In this document: piece by piece, positions 1 to 9,223 of the stretch | Numbering within the stretch: position 1 is the first letter of the stretch | How the letters are laid out: every line of letters starts with the position of its first letter | Origin: Pseudomonadales bacterium | Lineage (GTDB): Bacteria; Patescibacteriota; Microgenomatia; UBA1400; PJMF01 | DNA: 64,000 nucleotides | NCBI GenBank assembly: GCA_020632235.1 | Contig: JACKFY010000002.1 | Span: forward strand, 96,894 to 160,893 | Direction: 5' to 3' | Program-made: the position numbers and the translations under genes | Notes under the pieces: model-generated | What the model was told of the DNA's origin: nothing | The model's database searches: none | What the model saw: only the letters and a program-made list of their open reading frames with translations

Positions 1-1295
1 AGATCATCTTTCTGTTGAGTGATAAGATCCTTTACTGCTTGAATAGTTTTACCACTAGCGGGAAATTTCACAGCTTCCCCTGTGCGTGGGTCAACTTGGA
101 TCTCCCATTTTAAGGTTTGGTCTGCCCCCGATGATGTTACTGTATACTGATAGAATAGTCTACCAGTATGTCCGTAGACATCCTCGGCGGAATCTAACAG
201 CATTTTCCCAAGTGTTGTACTTGGGCTTGGAAACGTTGATGCGTCCCATTCTGAATATGTGGCCCACCACTCGACTCTCTCTTGCATTTTTTCAAGGGAG
301 TAAATACGGTCAATCCAGTCTGGGACTTGACCAATTTGGTACTCGGTGATGGTGCCGTCAGTTGGGTCCACAACAATGACGGCGTCGGCGATCATACCAA
401 CGTTGCCAACGCTGTATCGCCACACAGTTCCGGTGTAAAAGGGATTACCCTCATTATCAATTTCTAGTACATCTAGGTTCTCAACCTCGCAACCACAATC
501 AAGCGTGAAGTTGAGGTAGACATGACGACCAAGGTCTTCCGACCAGCGAGCATCAGGGACAAACCGCAAGGCGTGCCCAGGAACAAATGTAGTTGTAGCA
601 TCCATTACTTTCGCGGGACGAATGAAGTAGCCTGGAAGGACTCCTCCCGCTTGTCGAAACCCCCGCCAGTTGGTAACACGGAGATCAGTGATATAGTATT
701 GATCTCCGTTGATCGTCTGCTCAAAGGTTTTCCCCACTTGAGCATAGGATCCAACATCGCCTGGCATCACACCTTGGGCTTCAAGGTTTGCCGCCGCTGG
801 TGAAATTTTGATTAAGTCATCATCAGAAGCGCTTGCTTCCAAATCAGATTGTGTAGCCTCTCTTGGTTCGAGGAGCGCTGCGATCTCGTCCCACTCACTA
901 TTATTGCCGAGTGACGCAGGACGAACAGCACAACTAGCAGTGACTATCCATACGATGAATAGTACAAATCCAATTGCTATTGTCAGTACAGATCCGTCTG
1001 CACTGAATTTGTGATTACCAAACCTATCGGTGTCGCCCCCCATCATTTCAGCGAGTAAAGTAGCGACAAGCGCGGATAAGAACACAATCAGTCCGCTGAT
1101 GAAAACCCCTCCACTACTCCAGTGAGCAAAGTGGGGCATTAGGGTGTAGAGAGCTAAGAGCTCCAGGAGCGCTCCAAGAATGAAGGCCGCAATACTGCGG
1201 CCAACTTTCAGTCCTCCTGTTACAGCACTGATGGCACCAGTTGTAACTAGTGCTGGGAGTCCGATAAGGAGAGAGTATAGTACCATAGTTGACAT
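1..1295 (-). CDS. hypothetical membrane protein, start in window, 3' end truncated by window edge (absent from ORF track because no stop falls in the window)
   Basis: Manual minus-strand translation from ATG 1295-1293 (AAAGGAG 6 nt upstream) gives an uninterrupted >430-codon frame MSTMVLYSLLIGLPALVTTGAISAVTGGLKVGRSIAAFILGALLELLALYTLMPHF... with 3-4 N-terminal hydrophobic helices then a soluble domain; frame verified at codons starting 1139, 839 and 35. Confidence 0.5.
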   Translation of the reverse strand, partial: MSTMVLYSLLIGLPALVTTGAISAVTGGLKVGRSIAAFILGALLELLALYTLMPHFAHWSSGGVFISGLIVFLSALVATLLAEMMGGDTDRFGNHKFSADGSVLTIAIGFVLFIVWIVTASCAVRPASLGNNSEWDEIAALLEPREATQSDLEASASDDDLIKISPAAANLEAQGVMPGDVGSYAQVGKTFEQTINGDQYYITDLRVTNWRGFRQAGGVLPGYFIRPAKVMDATTTFVPGHALRFVPDARWSEDLGRHVYLNFTLDCGCEVENLDVLEIDNEGNPFYTGTVWRYSVGNVGMIADAVIVVDPTDGTITEYQIGQVPDWIDRIYSLEKMQERVEWWATYSEWDASTFPSPSTTLGKMLLDSAEDVYGHTGRLFYQYTVTSSGADQTLKWEIQVDPRTGEAVKFPASGKTIQAVKDLITQQKDD

Positions 1296-1306
1296 TTCAA
1301 GCTCCT

Positions 1307-1882
1307 TTATTGCTTGATGAAGCTGATTTCCAGCTTCTGGTTTCGATCGATATGACTATTCAATTGTACATCTGACAGAGAGATAGGGGAGATGCTTGAG
1401 GCATCTATGACCCAAAGAGCTCTCTCTGCATCGACCATGACGATTTGCCCTGGGGCATCTCGCCAGGTGAATGGTTGTAGCGCGTTCAGATGAAACTGCC
1501 GCGCGCCAATTTGTACGACAACAGCGGTCCCGTCAAGCGACACGGCCTTCACGAATGATGGTCGTGTTTGTTCCCACTCCTCAGTGAGTTGAAAGCTTTG
1601 GGTAGAAGCGTAGCGTATTTCATCCTGATGAATCAGGGTAAAGTTCACTATATTTTCTTTTTCCCGTAACTCAAGTGACTCCGATGGAGTGAGCCAGCCA
1701 TCAATATCGGTTTCCCACCAGGGTGCTGAAACCTCGGGGGTTACTTCAGTGATGACTGCAGTGGGAGCTACTCTACGCAGCTCAGGGTTATTGAGTAAGC
1801 CTGGTGGGCCAAATGCAAAACAGGCGACCACAATTGCAATAAACAAACAAATTTCTAATATTGGCGCATATATTTTTTTCAT
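1307..1882 (-). CDS. hypothetical N-terminally membrane-anchored protein, 12 nt upstream of the previous gene (operon)
   Basis: 191-aa ORF with single N-terminal hydrophobic helix (ILEICLFIAIVVACFAF), no recognisable catalytic motif. Confidence 0.45.
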   Translation of the reverse strand: MKKIYAPILEICLFIAIVVACFAFGPPGLLNNPELRRVAPTAVITEVTPEVSAPWWETDIDGWLTPSESLELREKENIVNFTLIHQDEIRYASTQSFQLTEEWEQTRPSFVKAVSLDGTAVVVQIGARQFHLNALQPFTWRDAPGQIVMVDAERALWVIDASSISPISLSDVQLNSHIDRNQKLEISFIKQ

Positions 1883-2092
1883 ACCAACAACCTCCTTTTG
1901 TAAATTAAGTTGTTTTTAAAGAGCACCCTCACTCACCGCCCATTCCCTCACAAAAAGAGAGAAGAGCAATGGCAAGAGTACGTGCTAACGTGACGTTAGC
2001 AGCAAGAAGTATATCAGAACAAATCACTAATGTCAATAATAAATATATTATAGGTTTATTTAAAACAGAAGTTGGTGTATACTAGAGGGGTA

Positions 2093-3013
2093 ATGAACGA
2101 ACATGATTACTCGGTACTGTCTAAGCCTGGTTTTTCCTCGCAATCTCGAGAAGGCAGAGAGTTGCGCATGAGGTATTTCATGCTGACTGATAGGCTCATT
2201 CATACCATTCAAAGCGGCATAGAGGTAAGAGCTGCAGAGGGGGGGGTGGAGTATAAGTCGATTGATGTTGTTTTATTTTTAGACAAATCAGCGCGTCCGG
2301 TTTCGTGGTTGCTGCGAGATTTATGGCCAGTTTTGGCACAAGATAGTGCCGGATTTGTTCCTGCTATGCCTGAAATCCGCTATATAAATATAGGGAAAGA
2401 TCAACAGGTAACTCCTGATGATGTAATGCGCTTGCGGGCGGTATTTATGCAGCCAAAGAATAGGAGGCTTGTGGCGGAGGGCGTCATCGACAGACCTTCG
2501 TTTCTTGACAACAAAACAATCTTGGTGGTAGATGAGGTGCGCGCTACAGGCAAAACATTAAAAAATGCTTTGCTCGTGTTGAGGCGTTCGTTTCCCACAA
2601 CGCACTTTAGGGGAACCTACTGGATGGACTCAATCGGAGTGCAAAACCAAGGCCCTTTTGCAACAATGGGCGAAAACCCAGTGTGGTATCGATCTGACAC
2701 AGATATTGGTAGAGGTGTAAAGTCAAAGGGAGTTAGCATGCCAAACGGAGACAATAATCCCTACAGAGCTTCTCGGTTGTCTTGGGATTTTTTGAGCAGA
2801 AGATGGGAGTCTCCAGATTTACTTTCCCAAAAATTGAGAGAAGATATCAAGCACTTGACAACCCACCCAGATGTGCCTATTAGAGCCCATCCAGCCAGAT
2901 CAGAGGATGAAGGCTTTGAGTTATATAAAAGACGAATGGAGCGGCTAAATCCTGGACTCACGTTTACAGAAATAATGAAACAGATTCATGAAATTTTGGA
3001 TGTAAGGAGGTAG
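2093..3013 (+). CDS. phosphoribosyltransferase (PRTase)-domain protein
   Basis: PRTase PRPP-binding signature ILVVDEVRATGKTL; track ORF begins at TTG 2072, ATG at 2093 preceded by GAGGGG is the more likely start. Confidence 0.55.
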   Translation: MNEHDYSVLSKPGFSSQSREGRELRMRYFMLTDRLIHTIQSGIEVRAAEGGVEYKSIDVVLFLDKSARPVSWLLRDLWPVLAQDSAGFVPAMPEIRYINIGKDQQVTPDDVMRLRAVFMQPKNRRLVAEGVIDRPSFLDNKTILVVDEVRATGKTLKNALLVLRRSFPTTHFRGTYWMDSIGVQNQGPFATMGENPVWYRSDTDIGRGVKSKGVSMPNGDNNPYRASRLSWDFLSRRWESPDLLSQKLREDIKHLTTHPDVPIRAHPARSEDEGFELYKRRMERLNPGLTFTEIMKQIHEILDVRR

Positions 3014-3242
3014 TCTCTTGATAGAATAGAACATATGCCCCGACCATATACATAGCCGGGGCAAAAAAATTACTTGAGGGCTTTTCGTACTAGCAGAAAA
3101 GCTAGTGCGAGCCCTCCAACTACCAGTAGGGCAGTCATATGCCCTCCTTTCTTTTTGGCACAAACAAAAAAACGCATGTGTTTGATGGTTTATGCCATTT
3201 TAACATCTTTTATTATACACCTATCCTCTCAGTTATAAGTCT

Positions 3243-5414
3243 TTATCGCTTCTTTGCGTACCGTTCTCGACTCACCTTGATCACTTTTTCTCTATTTTGA
3301 TTGCTACTACTAGCCAGCGGGAGAGTGTGGGCGGGGAAGGGTTTGGAGGCAATATTATCTATAGTGAGCTTATTTATCACCTGGTGTTTGCCAAGTGAAA
3401 CGAGGTCGTCGGTAGTGTACAAACCGCCAAATTCTTTTTGGAACACCTGCGCGTCATCTGCCCCCATCACAAAACTAATCATACTGCCGCAGTTGCCAAA
3501 GATAGCCTTCTGCACGTCTTCAGGGATTTGGGCAATAAACTGGTTGGCCAGGGTAAGATTGAGTCGGTACTTTCGTGCCTCCGAAAGGATTTTATTAAAC
3601 GACTCAGTCGCAAAGTTTTGAAACTCGTCTACATATAGATAAAAATCACTACGTTCCTCCTCTGGCATCTTGACTCTACCCATAGCAGCCAGCTGTATCT
3701 TGGTAATAAGCATTGCCCCAAGTAATGTAGCGTTATCTTCGCCTAGCCTGCCCTGCGAGAGATTAACGAGTAGGATTTTTTTGTTGTCCATCAGCTCTTC
3801 GATGCTAAACGAGCTTTTATGAGCGTTAACCACGCTACGAACGATAGGTGACGAGACAAACTGCCCCACTTTATTGAGAATGGAAGCAATAGACTCAGTC
3901 CGCTGACGCTCGTTTAATTTGTTGTACTCATCTACCCAAAATGACTTGAGGATCTCATCGTCAAGGTTCTCGATCATCTTGTCGCGAAACTTTTTATTTA
4001 CCAATAGCTCAACAATATCTGACATCCGGGCGCTTTCTACCGTGAGAAGGGTTAGAAGCGTGTTGCGCAAGATATACTCGAGTCGTGGTCCCCAAGAGTA
4101 GCCGTAGAGCTTATGAAAAATAGAGATAATCCCAGAGGCAATTAGCTCTCGATGCACGACATTCTCACCCTCAAATAGGTTTATCTTGACTGTTCTCTCG
4201 GGGTCACTGGGATTAAAGTACACCACGTCATTAATGCGATGTGACGGGATGTAATCAAGTAGCGTCTCGACAAGGTCTCCATGTGGGTCTATCACGCACA
4301 GCCCCTCACCTTTCTTGATGTCGTGTATAGCCATGTTGGCGAGTAGTGTAGACTTCCCGGTACCGGTTTTGCCGATTACGTACATATGACGTCTTCTATC
4401 AGGTCTTTTAATGCCATAGATAGTGGGTGAGTTTTTATATATGGTTTTGGCAAATGGATTGGTATTTTGTTTTGCCTCTTCTGTGCTGTTACTAGTAATA
4501 ATAGGCAGGTTTTCTGGCGGCTCACCCAGCAAGGACTTTCCCCAGGCTATATTGGGAATAGTAGCAAGGTTTTTATTAGGCAGATGCCAAATGGTCGCTA
4601 GCTCTGAAGTATTGAGAAAGTATGAGTGTCCAAGCGAAAATGTTCGCTCCACAACGTGTTTGCGTGCTTTTTTCTTAAAAAAAAGTGGTTTTTTAAGTGT
4701 AAACTGGTTACTTTCGCTGAGCGAAAAAACTTGAGATGAGGCATATATTGCCTCAAGTATGTATCGTGTTCTCTCGTGTGTTGGGGCACTGGTGAGTGCG
4801 CGTACGCTTGTTTTGAGGGTCTGTTTGCTCATTTTTTTTGCAATATGCGCTTGTTGAGTGCTTGATAGAGATGGTTTTTCATCAGCGTTCAGGGTTGCTG
4901 GGGTGTGGATGAGCCCACCTCCTTGGGAGACGAGCACTTGAATAAGGGCGGAGTCATGTTCTTGAAACTTTGAGAGGGTGGAGAGAAGAGCGCTGAGCGG
5001 ATCGGTGTCAGCAAACTGGTCGTATGTTTTGATGGGAAGTGAAGAGTCTCTTCCAAGGTCTAAAAAAGCAAATTCTGTAATGGGTTGTGGTTGGTAGTTT
5101 TGCTCAAGGCCAGATTGGTGAGCGGAAAATACATGGATATAATCATCTTGAGTTGTGTTAATTAGTATTTGAGGAAAACTTGCGCTGAGCGAGCTTTCAA
5201 TGTAGCTTTGTACTTTTTTTGGGCACACACAGTAAAATGATACTGTTTGGTTGCGCGCCAATATTTCGAATGAAATAGGATCACTTTTGCCTAGTAGTTT
5301 GTGGAAAAGAGCATCTTTGATGGTTGGAATTGTTTCAAATAGATACTCGGCGGCAGAGGCAAGAGACTCACTATCTCTACCTGTTCTCAGCTCTAATACT
5401 ATGGGGTTTTGCAT
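3243..5414 (-). CDS. TraD/TraG (VirD4)-like coupling-protein-family P-loop ATPase (HerA/FtsK superfamily), soluble (no TM helices)
   Basis: Walker A VIGKTGTGKSTL, Walker B YLYVDEFQNF, C-terminal TraG-D_C-like block SEARKYRLNLTLANQFIAQIPEDVQKAIFGNCGSMISF; N-terminal ~340 aa unassigned. Confidence 0.65.
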   Translation of the reverse strand: MQNPIVLELRTGRDSESLASAAEYLFETIPTIKDALFHKLLGKSDPISFEILARNQTVSFYCVCPKKVQSYIESSLSASFPQILINTTQDDYIHVFSAHQSGLEQNYQPQPITEFAFLDLGRDSSLPIKTYDQFADTDPLSALLSTLSKFQEHDSALIQVLVSQGGGLIHTPATLNADEKPSLSSTQQAHIAKKMSKQTLKTSVRALTSAPTHERTRYILEAIYASSQVFSLSESNQFTLKKPLFFKKKARKHVVERTFSLGHSYFLNTSELATIWHLPNKNLATIPNIAWGKSLLGEPPENLPIITSNSTEEAKQNTNPFAKTIYKNSPTIYGIKRPDRRRHMYVIGKTGTGKSTLLANMAIHDIKKGEGLCVIDPHGDLVETLLDYIPSHRINDVVYFNPSDPERTVKINLFEGENVVHRELIASGIISIFHKLYGYSWGPRLEYILRNTLLTLLTVESARMSDIVELLVNKKFRDKMIENLDDEILKSFWVDEYNKLNERQRTESIASILNKVGQFVSSPIVRSVVNAHKSSFSIEELMDNKKILLVNLSQGRLGEDNATLLGAMLITKIQLAAMGRVKMPEEERSDFYLYVDEFQNFATESFNKILSEARKYRLNLTLANQFIAQIPEDVQKAIFGNCGSMISFVMGADDAQVFQKEFGGLYTTDDLVSLGKHQVINKLTIDNIASKPFPAHTLPLASSSNQNREKVIKVSRERYAKKR

Positions 5415-5433
5415 GGTAGATCAGTATAACACT

Positions 5434-6909
5434 TTACCCACTTCCATTTTCTCTGTCTATCACCCCGTAGTCTTCTACAGCTGCTTTTTGACCCTGACGA
5501 AAACCAATCGATATACCCTCATCAGTCACGTGTATAACACTAGAAAAACGCTGGGCAAATTCATTTTTTCTATCAGGCAAACCCTCATCAGAGCTTTCAC
5601 TCCTGACCGAGTCAAGAAGGTAGAGTATTTTTATCGCCTCGGCAGTCATTTCTGCTCCTTGTTCTTCGTCATCACACTCGGTAATTCTGCCAATGAGGTT
5701 TGAAAGCAGAGTCGAGAAATAGATTTGTAGTTCTTCGTAGCGCTTTATTTTTTTATCAAACTTGCTTTTTTCTTCATCTTCAGCGTTATTTTTCCAGACT
5801 TCTAGTTGTTTTTTTGATGGATGCAAGCCTGAAAAAAGTGCAAATTTCCACGCATCTACATCTGCAGTCTTTCCTTGACTACCAATAATTCGTTGTCTCC
5901 AGTACATCTCATATTCTTTGTATAGCTTTGTTTGAAAGTTGTTAAAAGACTGGGCAATATATGCTGCTAACGTAATTTTTTCTTCAGTGCTTGCTTCTGA
6001 CATCTTGACGAGAAGCTCCAGATTTTCTGGATCAATGTTTATTTGATAGTTGTCAGGGGATTGTGCAAGAATGTTTTCCAACTCATGCAAGAACGCCTCT
6101 CTATAATTGCCAGTGAGATGAGGTAGTTTTGAGAGGGCGTCGGTTATTTTTGCTAAGTGCTGGATTCTTTTGGAAACCTTCCCTCTTTTTAGTTCTGGCT
6201 CAGCATCACTGCTTTTAAATACAGCATACTTTGGGAGTGGCACCAGATTTAGTTTTTTTCTTCCACTCTCGGTGAGGCGCAACACTACATTAAAGTGCCC
6301 GAGTGGCGCACTCTGTGAGCCCCTTCCTAGGCCAGTTTGGGTCCTTGATTGGTCTATTTCTGTGACTGATGTAATGTTCGCGTAGCCAGTTAGGCCGTAT
6401 ATCTCTATACTATAGTCAACACCTTCTTGCAAATCACGTTTTTTAGCCAGGTTTTTTAAGACCCGTTTTGCTTCATCAATATGACGAGCAATAACCTCAA
6501 AAAAAGCAGCGTGTTGTTGAGGGCTTAATCGCAATAAGTCATGATCTAACTTTGTTTCTTCTACATCCCACCACACAATAATGTGCGGGGCATAGGGAGG
6601 TGTTTCATCGTGCTGGCCAACATGTTCTCTCATTATTTGTTGAAGAGAGACATCTGTGTGGGGCGAGGCAGCTGGGGCACTCATGACGATCCCGCTTGTC
6701 TGGGGGTCGTCAATTGTAGTACTTGGAGTGAGGTGTGTGCTGAACTGTTTTTGTAGATAGTGTGCTAGATTTTCAGCTTGGTCTTTCAAAATTTGCGCCA
6801 GACTTCGGTCGTCATCGTTTCGTGGCAGAACGGAAGGTATCACTAAATGAGCTAGTGGGTATGCTGCCATCTTTCTTAAGGTAGCCTGGACAGCTGCTTC
6901 AACACTCAT
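5434..6909 (-). CDS. hypothetical protein, 19-nt upstream operon partner of the ATPase; weak relaxase-like HDE(x6)PH motif
   Basis: 491 aa, ATG start; motif GQHDETPPYAPHIIVWWD reminiscent of MOB-family relaxase motif III (HxDE...PHxH) but the second His is missing. Confidence 0.45.
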   Translation of the reverse strand: MSVEAAVQATLRKMAAYPLAHLVIPSVLPRNDDDRSLAQILKDQAENLAHYLQKQFSTHLTPSTTIDDPQTSGIVMSAPAASPHTDVSLQQIMREHVGQHDETPPYAPHIIVWWDVEETKLDHDLLRLSPQQHAAFFEVIARHIDEAKRVLKNLAKKRDLQEGVDYSIEIYGLTGYANITSVTEIDQSRTQTGLGRGSQSAPLGHFNVVLRLTESGRKKLNLVPLPKYAVFKSSDAEPELKRGKVSKRIQHLAKITDALSKLPHLTGNYREAFLHELENILAQSPDNYQINIDPENLELLVKMSEASTEEKITLAAYIAQSFNNFQTKLYKEYEMYWRQRIIGSQGKTADVDAWKFALFSGLHPSKKQLEVWKNNAEDEEKSKFDKKIKRYEELQIYFSTLLSNLIGRITECDDEEQGAEMTAEAIKILYLLDSVRSESSDEGLPDRKNEFAQRFSSVIHVTDEGISIGFRQGQKAAVEDYGVIDRENGSG

Positions 6910-7084
6910 GGTGCTAGTTCTTCCTGTTTTTTATACACTCTCATCTCTATTGTTGAAAAATAGTATTTTTCCCTGAGTATTTTGTCATTAAATTATACTA
7001 TAAGATATCACATAGTTCAATGAAATTATATTATGAGTCTTTTTTAGTAGAAAAATAAGTTATAGCTTGATGAGTAGGGAATTA

Positions 7085-7345
7085 TAAAACCCTTTTACCA
7101 TGCTTTTGCTTGGTGTTTCCCCTTACAAGGGGAATATAAACCCCCCTGTCCCGTGCTCCGCTTGGGTTGCCCGCCCCGACTTCACATTAGGGCTTCCTTA
7201 CGAAAGTAAGAGTCAAACTTAGATTTCTCTCCGCCAGCTGGCGGATCGAACTGACAAGACAGAGTGATAAAGCAGACTCTGAAACACCCGCCTGTATCCC
7301 GACTTTTAGTCGAGGAAGAACTTCGGGCAGGAGTTCAGAGTCAGT
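7085..7345. repeat. mosaic hairpin-rich intergenic repeat, copy A (two modules)
   Basis: aaaacccttttaccatgcttttgcttggtgtttccccttacaaggggaa 7085-7135 is 52/56 identical to 11553-11603; second module taaaccccc..ctgtcccg ... atcccgacttttagtcgagg shares AAAACCC / CCCGAC-loop-GTCGGG parts with copies at 22148 and 49275. Confidence 0.55.
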
Positions 7346-7484
7346 AAAGAGGTGGGGGTCTAAAAAGCAAAAAAGCATTATTATCGCTGGGCAGATCCCA
7401 CGTATAACAATGCTTTTTCTTGAGCAATAACCTAGTAAACTAGGAAATAACTTGTACTTATGAAGTTACCAAGTATTTTTGTTA

Positions 7485-7513
7485 TTGTACAGCCCATCTT
7501 TATGCTCTATAAT
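7485..7513 (+). promoter_or_regulatory. near-consensus sigma70-type promoter (TTGTAC-17-TATAAT) upstream of rho, implying a ~365-nt leader
   Basis: TTGTAC 7485-7490, 17-nt spacer, TATAAT 7508-7513. Confidence 0.4.
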
Positions 7514-7562
7514 AGGTCAATATCTATCAATTTTCTTTAAAAATCTACAATAAGGGTGTTGT

Positions 7563-7621
7563 GTGGAGGTTCGGCAGTAGGGCAGGCAGCCGAGCTTCCA
7601 CCCAGCGCCTTTGTTTTTTTT
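7563..7621 (+). promoter_or_regulatory. 13-bp stem-loop followed by a U8 tract in the rho leader (candidate attenuator/autoregulatory structure)
   Basis: GTGGAGGTTCGGC (7563-7575) pairs with GCCGAGCTTCCAC (7589-7601) incl. 2 G-U pairs; ~11-nt spacer then TTTGTTTTTTTT. Confidence 0.35.
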
Positions 7622-7884
7622 CTTCAGAATATATCTTTTTTGATATGTTGCTTAACATAGTGTTATTTTTTGTAGTGGTATTGACAGAATGGATAAAAGC
7701 AATTATAGTAAAATTTGTTATTCCAACCCTTTCCCTGTAGAGCAAGAGGATTTTGGAGAAATCACATAACTATATTTCATATATCATGTTTGTTAGCCAG
7801 CGTGCGCGTCCTGCGCCATTATTCCCAAAGAAAAACGAGCCTTTGTGCTCAAGTAGGTAGTAAGTATGTTGTAACGAAAAGTAC

Positions 7885-9192
7885 GTGAACAATATGACAG
7901 ACATAACAAAAAAAAGCACAAAAACTCCAGTGACCAAGAAAAATTCTCCTAAACCAAAAAACGAGCCAGTAGTAAAAAAACGAACTGTTCCTCCAGTAAT
8001 TCCTCTCAAACAGGCAAAGTCTGACACTATGGGCGAAAAACCCCCGTCAGGCAATAAACGAGAAACAAAGATTATTGAAGGAGTGCTCGATACATCCCGA
8101 GATGGTCATGGAGTAGTCAGGGTGGGAATGGGGGGTAATGAAGAGTTTGATGCCTACATTGCCACCTCTCATATTCGTCGTTTGGGCTTAAGGGCGGGAG
8201 ATATCATCACCGGGCCGGTGCGTGAACCAAAGGACAACGAGCGATACTGGGGTCTGCTCAAGGTAGAGACCGTAAACGGCTTGTCACCAGCCGAGTTTAC
8301 TAAAGCAAAACGACCAAAGTTCCGCAACCTTACTCCGGTGTACCCTGACGAACAGATCAAGCTTGAGATAGGTCAAGAACCACTCGCGCTGCGTATTATC
8401 GATATGGTGGCACCAATAGGAAAAGGGCAGAGGAGCTTGATTGTTTCCCCTCCAAAAGCAGGAAAAACAACACTCTTAAAAGAGATTGCCACGGGTGTTG
8501 CCCAAAACCACCCAGAGATTCATATTATGGCAGTGTTGGTAGGCGAGCGGCCAGAAGAAGTAACCGACATTCGTCGTCACATTGAGCGTATTACCAAGGG
8601 TAAGGGTGAAGTAGCTGCTAGTAACTTTGACGAGTCGGCACAAAGTCAGTGTCATGTGGCAGAGTTAGCCCTTGAGCGAGCTATGCGTATGGTAGAGATG
8701 GGTGCCGATGTGCTTATATTACTTGACTCAATCACTCGTTTGGCGAGGGCGTACAACCTCGCCATTCCTACGTCTGGTAGGACGCTGTCTGGTGGCTTTG
8801 ACCCACAGGCGTTATTTCCGCCTAAAAAATTCTTTGGGGCAGCACGTAATTTCGAAGTGCCTGGAAGTTTGACCATTGTTGGCACAGCCCTTATTGATAC
8901 GGGTTCGCGCATGGATGAGGTGATTTTTGAAGAGTTTAAGGGTACGGGCAATCAAGAGGTTCATCTTGACAGACGCCTAGCAGAGAGGCGTACGTATCCA
9001 GCACTTGATGTACAACGATCTGGCACCCGCCGAGACGACTTACTTATCGAGCCTATGACGTACCAATCAATCCTCACGCTACATAGAATGCTTGATACAC
9101 TAGATCAAAATGAGCGTACGGCTACACTCATCAACCAAATGCGTCGCACCACAACGAATAAAGAATTTTTAGCTTCTCTCAAGACAGCGTAG
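7885..9192 (+). CDS. rho: transcription termination factor Rho with Lys-rich N-terminal extension
   Basis: Walker A GKGQRSLIVSPPKAGKTTLL, RecA-like core and C-terminal RTYPALDVQRSGTRRDDLL; track start is GTG 7885, ATG at 7894 is an alternative. Confidence 0.9.
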   Translation: MNNMTDITKKSTKTPVTKKNSPKPKNEPVVKKRTVPPVIPLKQAKSDTMGEKPPSGNKRETKIIEGVLDTSRDGHGVVRVGMGGNEEFDAYIATSHIRRLGLRAGDIITGPVREPKDNERYWGLLKVETVNGLSPAEFTKAKRPKFRNLTPVYPDEQIKLEIGQEPLALRIIDMVAPIGKGQRSLIVSPPKAGKTTLLKEIATGVAQNHPEIHIMAVLVGERPEEVTDIRRHIERITKGKGEVAASNFDESAQSQCHVAELALERAMRMVEMGADVLILLDSITRLARAYNLAIPTSGRTLSGGFDPQALFPPKKFFGAARNFEVPGSLTIVGTALIDTGSRMDEVIFEEFKGTGNQEVHLDRRLAERRTYPALDVQRSGTRRDDLLIEPMTYQSILTLHRMLDTLDQNERTATLINQMRRTTTNKEFLASLKTA

Positions 9193-9223
9193 TTGTCCTA
9201 CATTGTGCTAGAATGCAGTCTCA

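Noticed and set aside
86-1014. Four short plus-strand ORFs (86..349, 282..467, 522..803, 808..1014) in the first 1.3 kb
   Set aside because: A continuous >430-codon minus-strand frame with RBS and membrane-protein character covers the same region; the short plus-strand ORFs are antisense artefacts.
7141-7370. Region upstream of rho as RNase P RNA, tmRNA or SRP RNA
   Set aside because: Contains suggestive fragments (GGATCGAAC, CGGGCAGGAG) but none of the conserved P4, tRNA-like-domain or SRP domain IV motifs could be assembled on either strand; better explained as repeat copy A.
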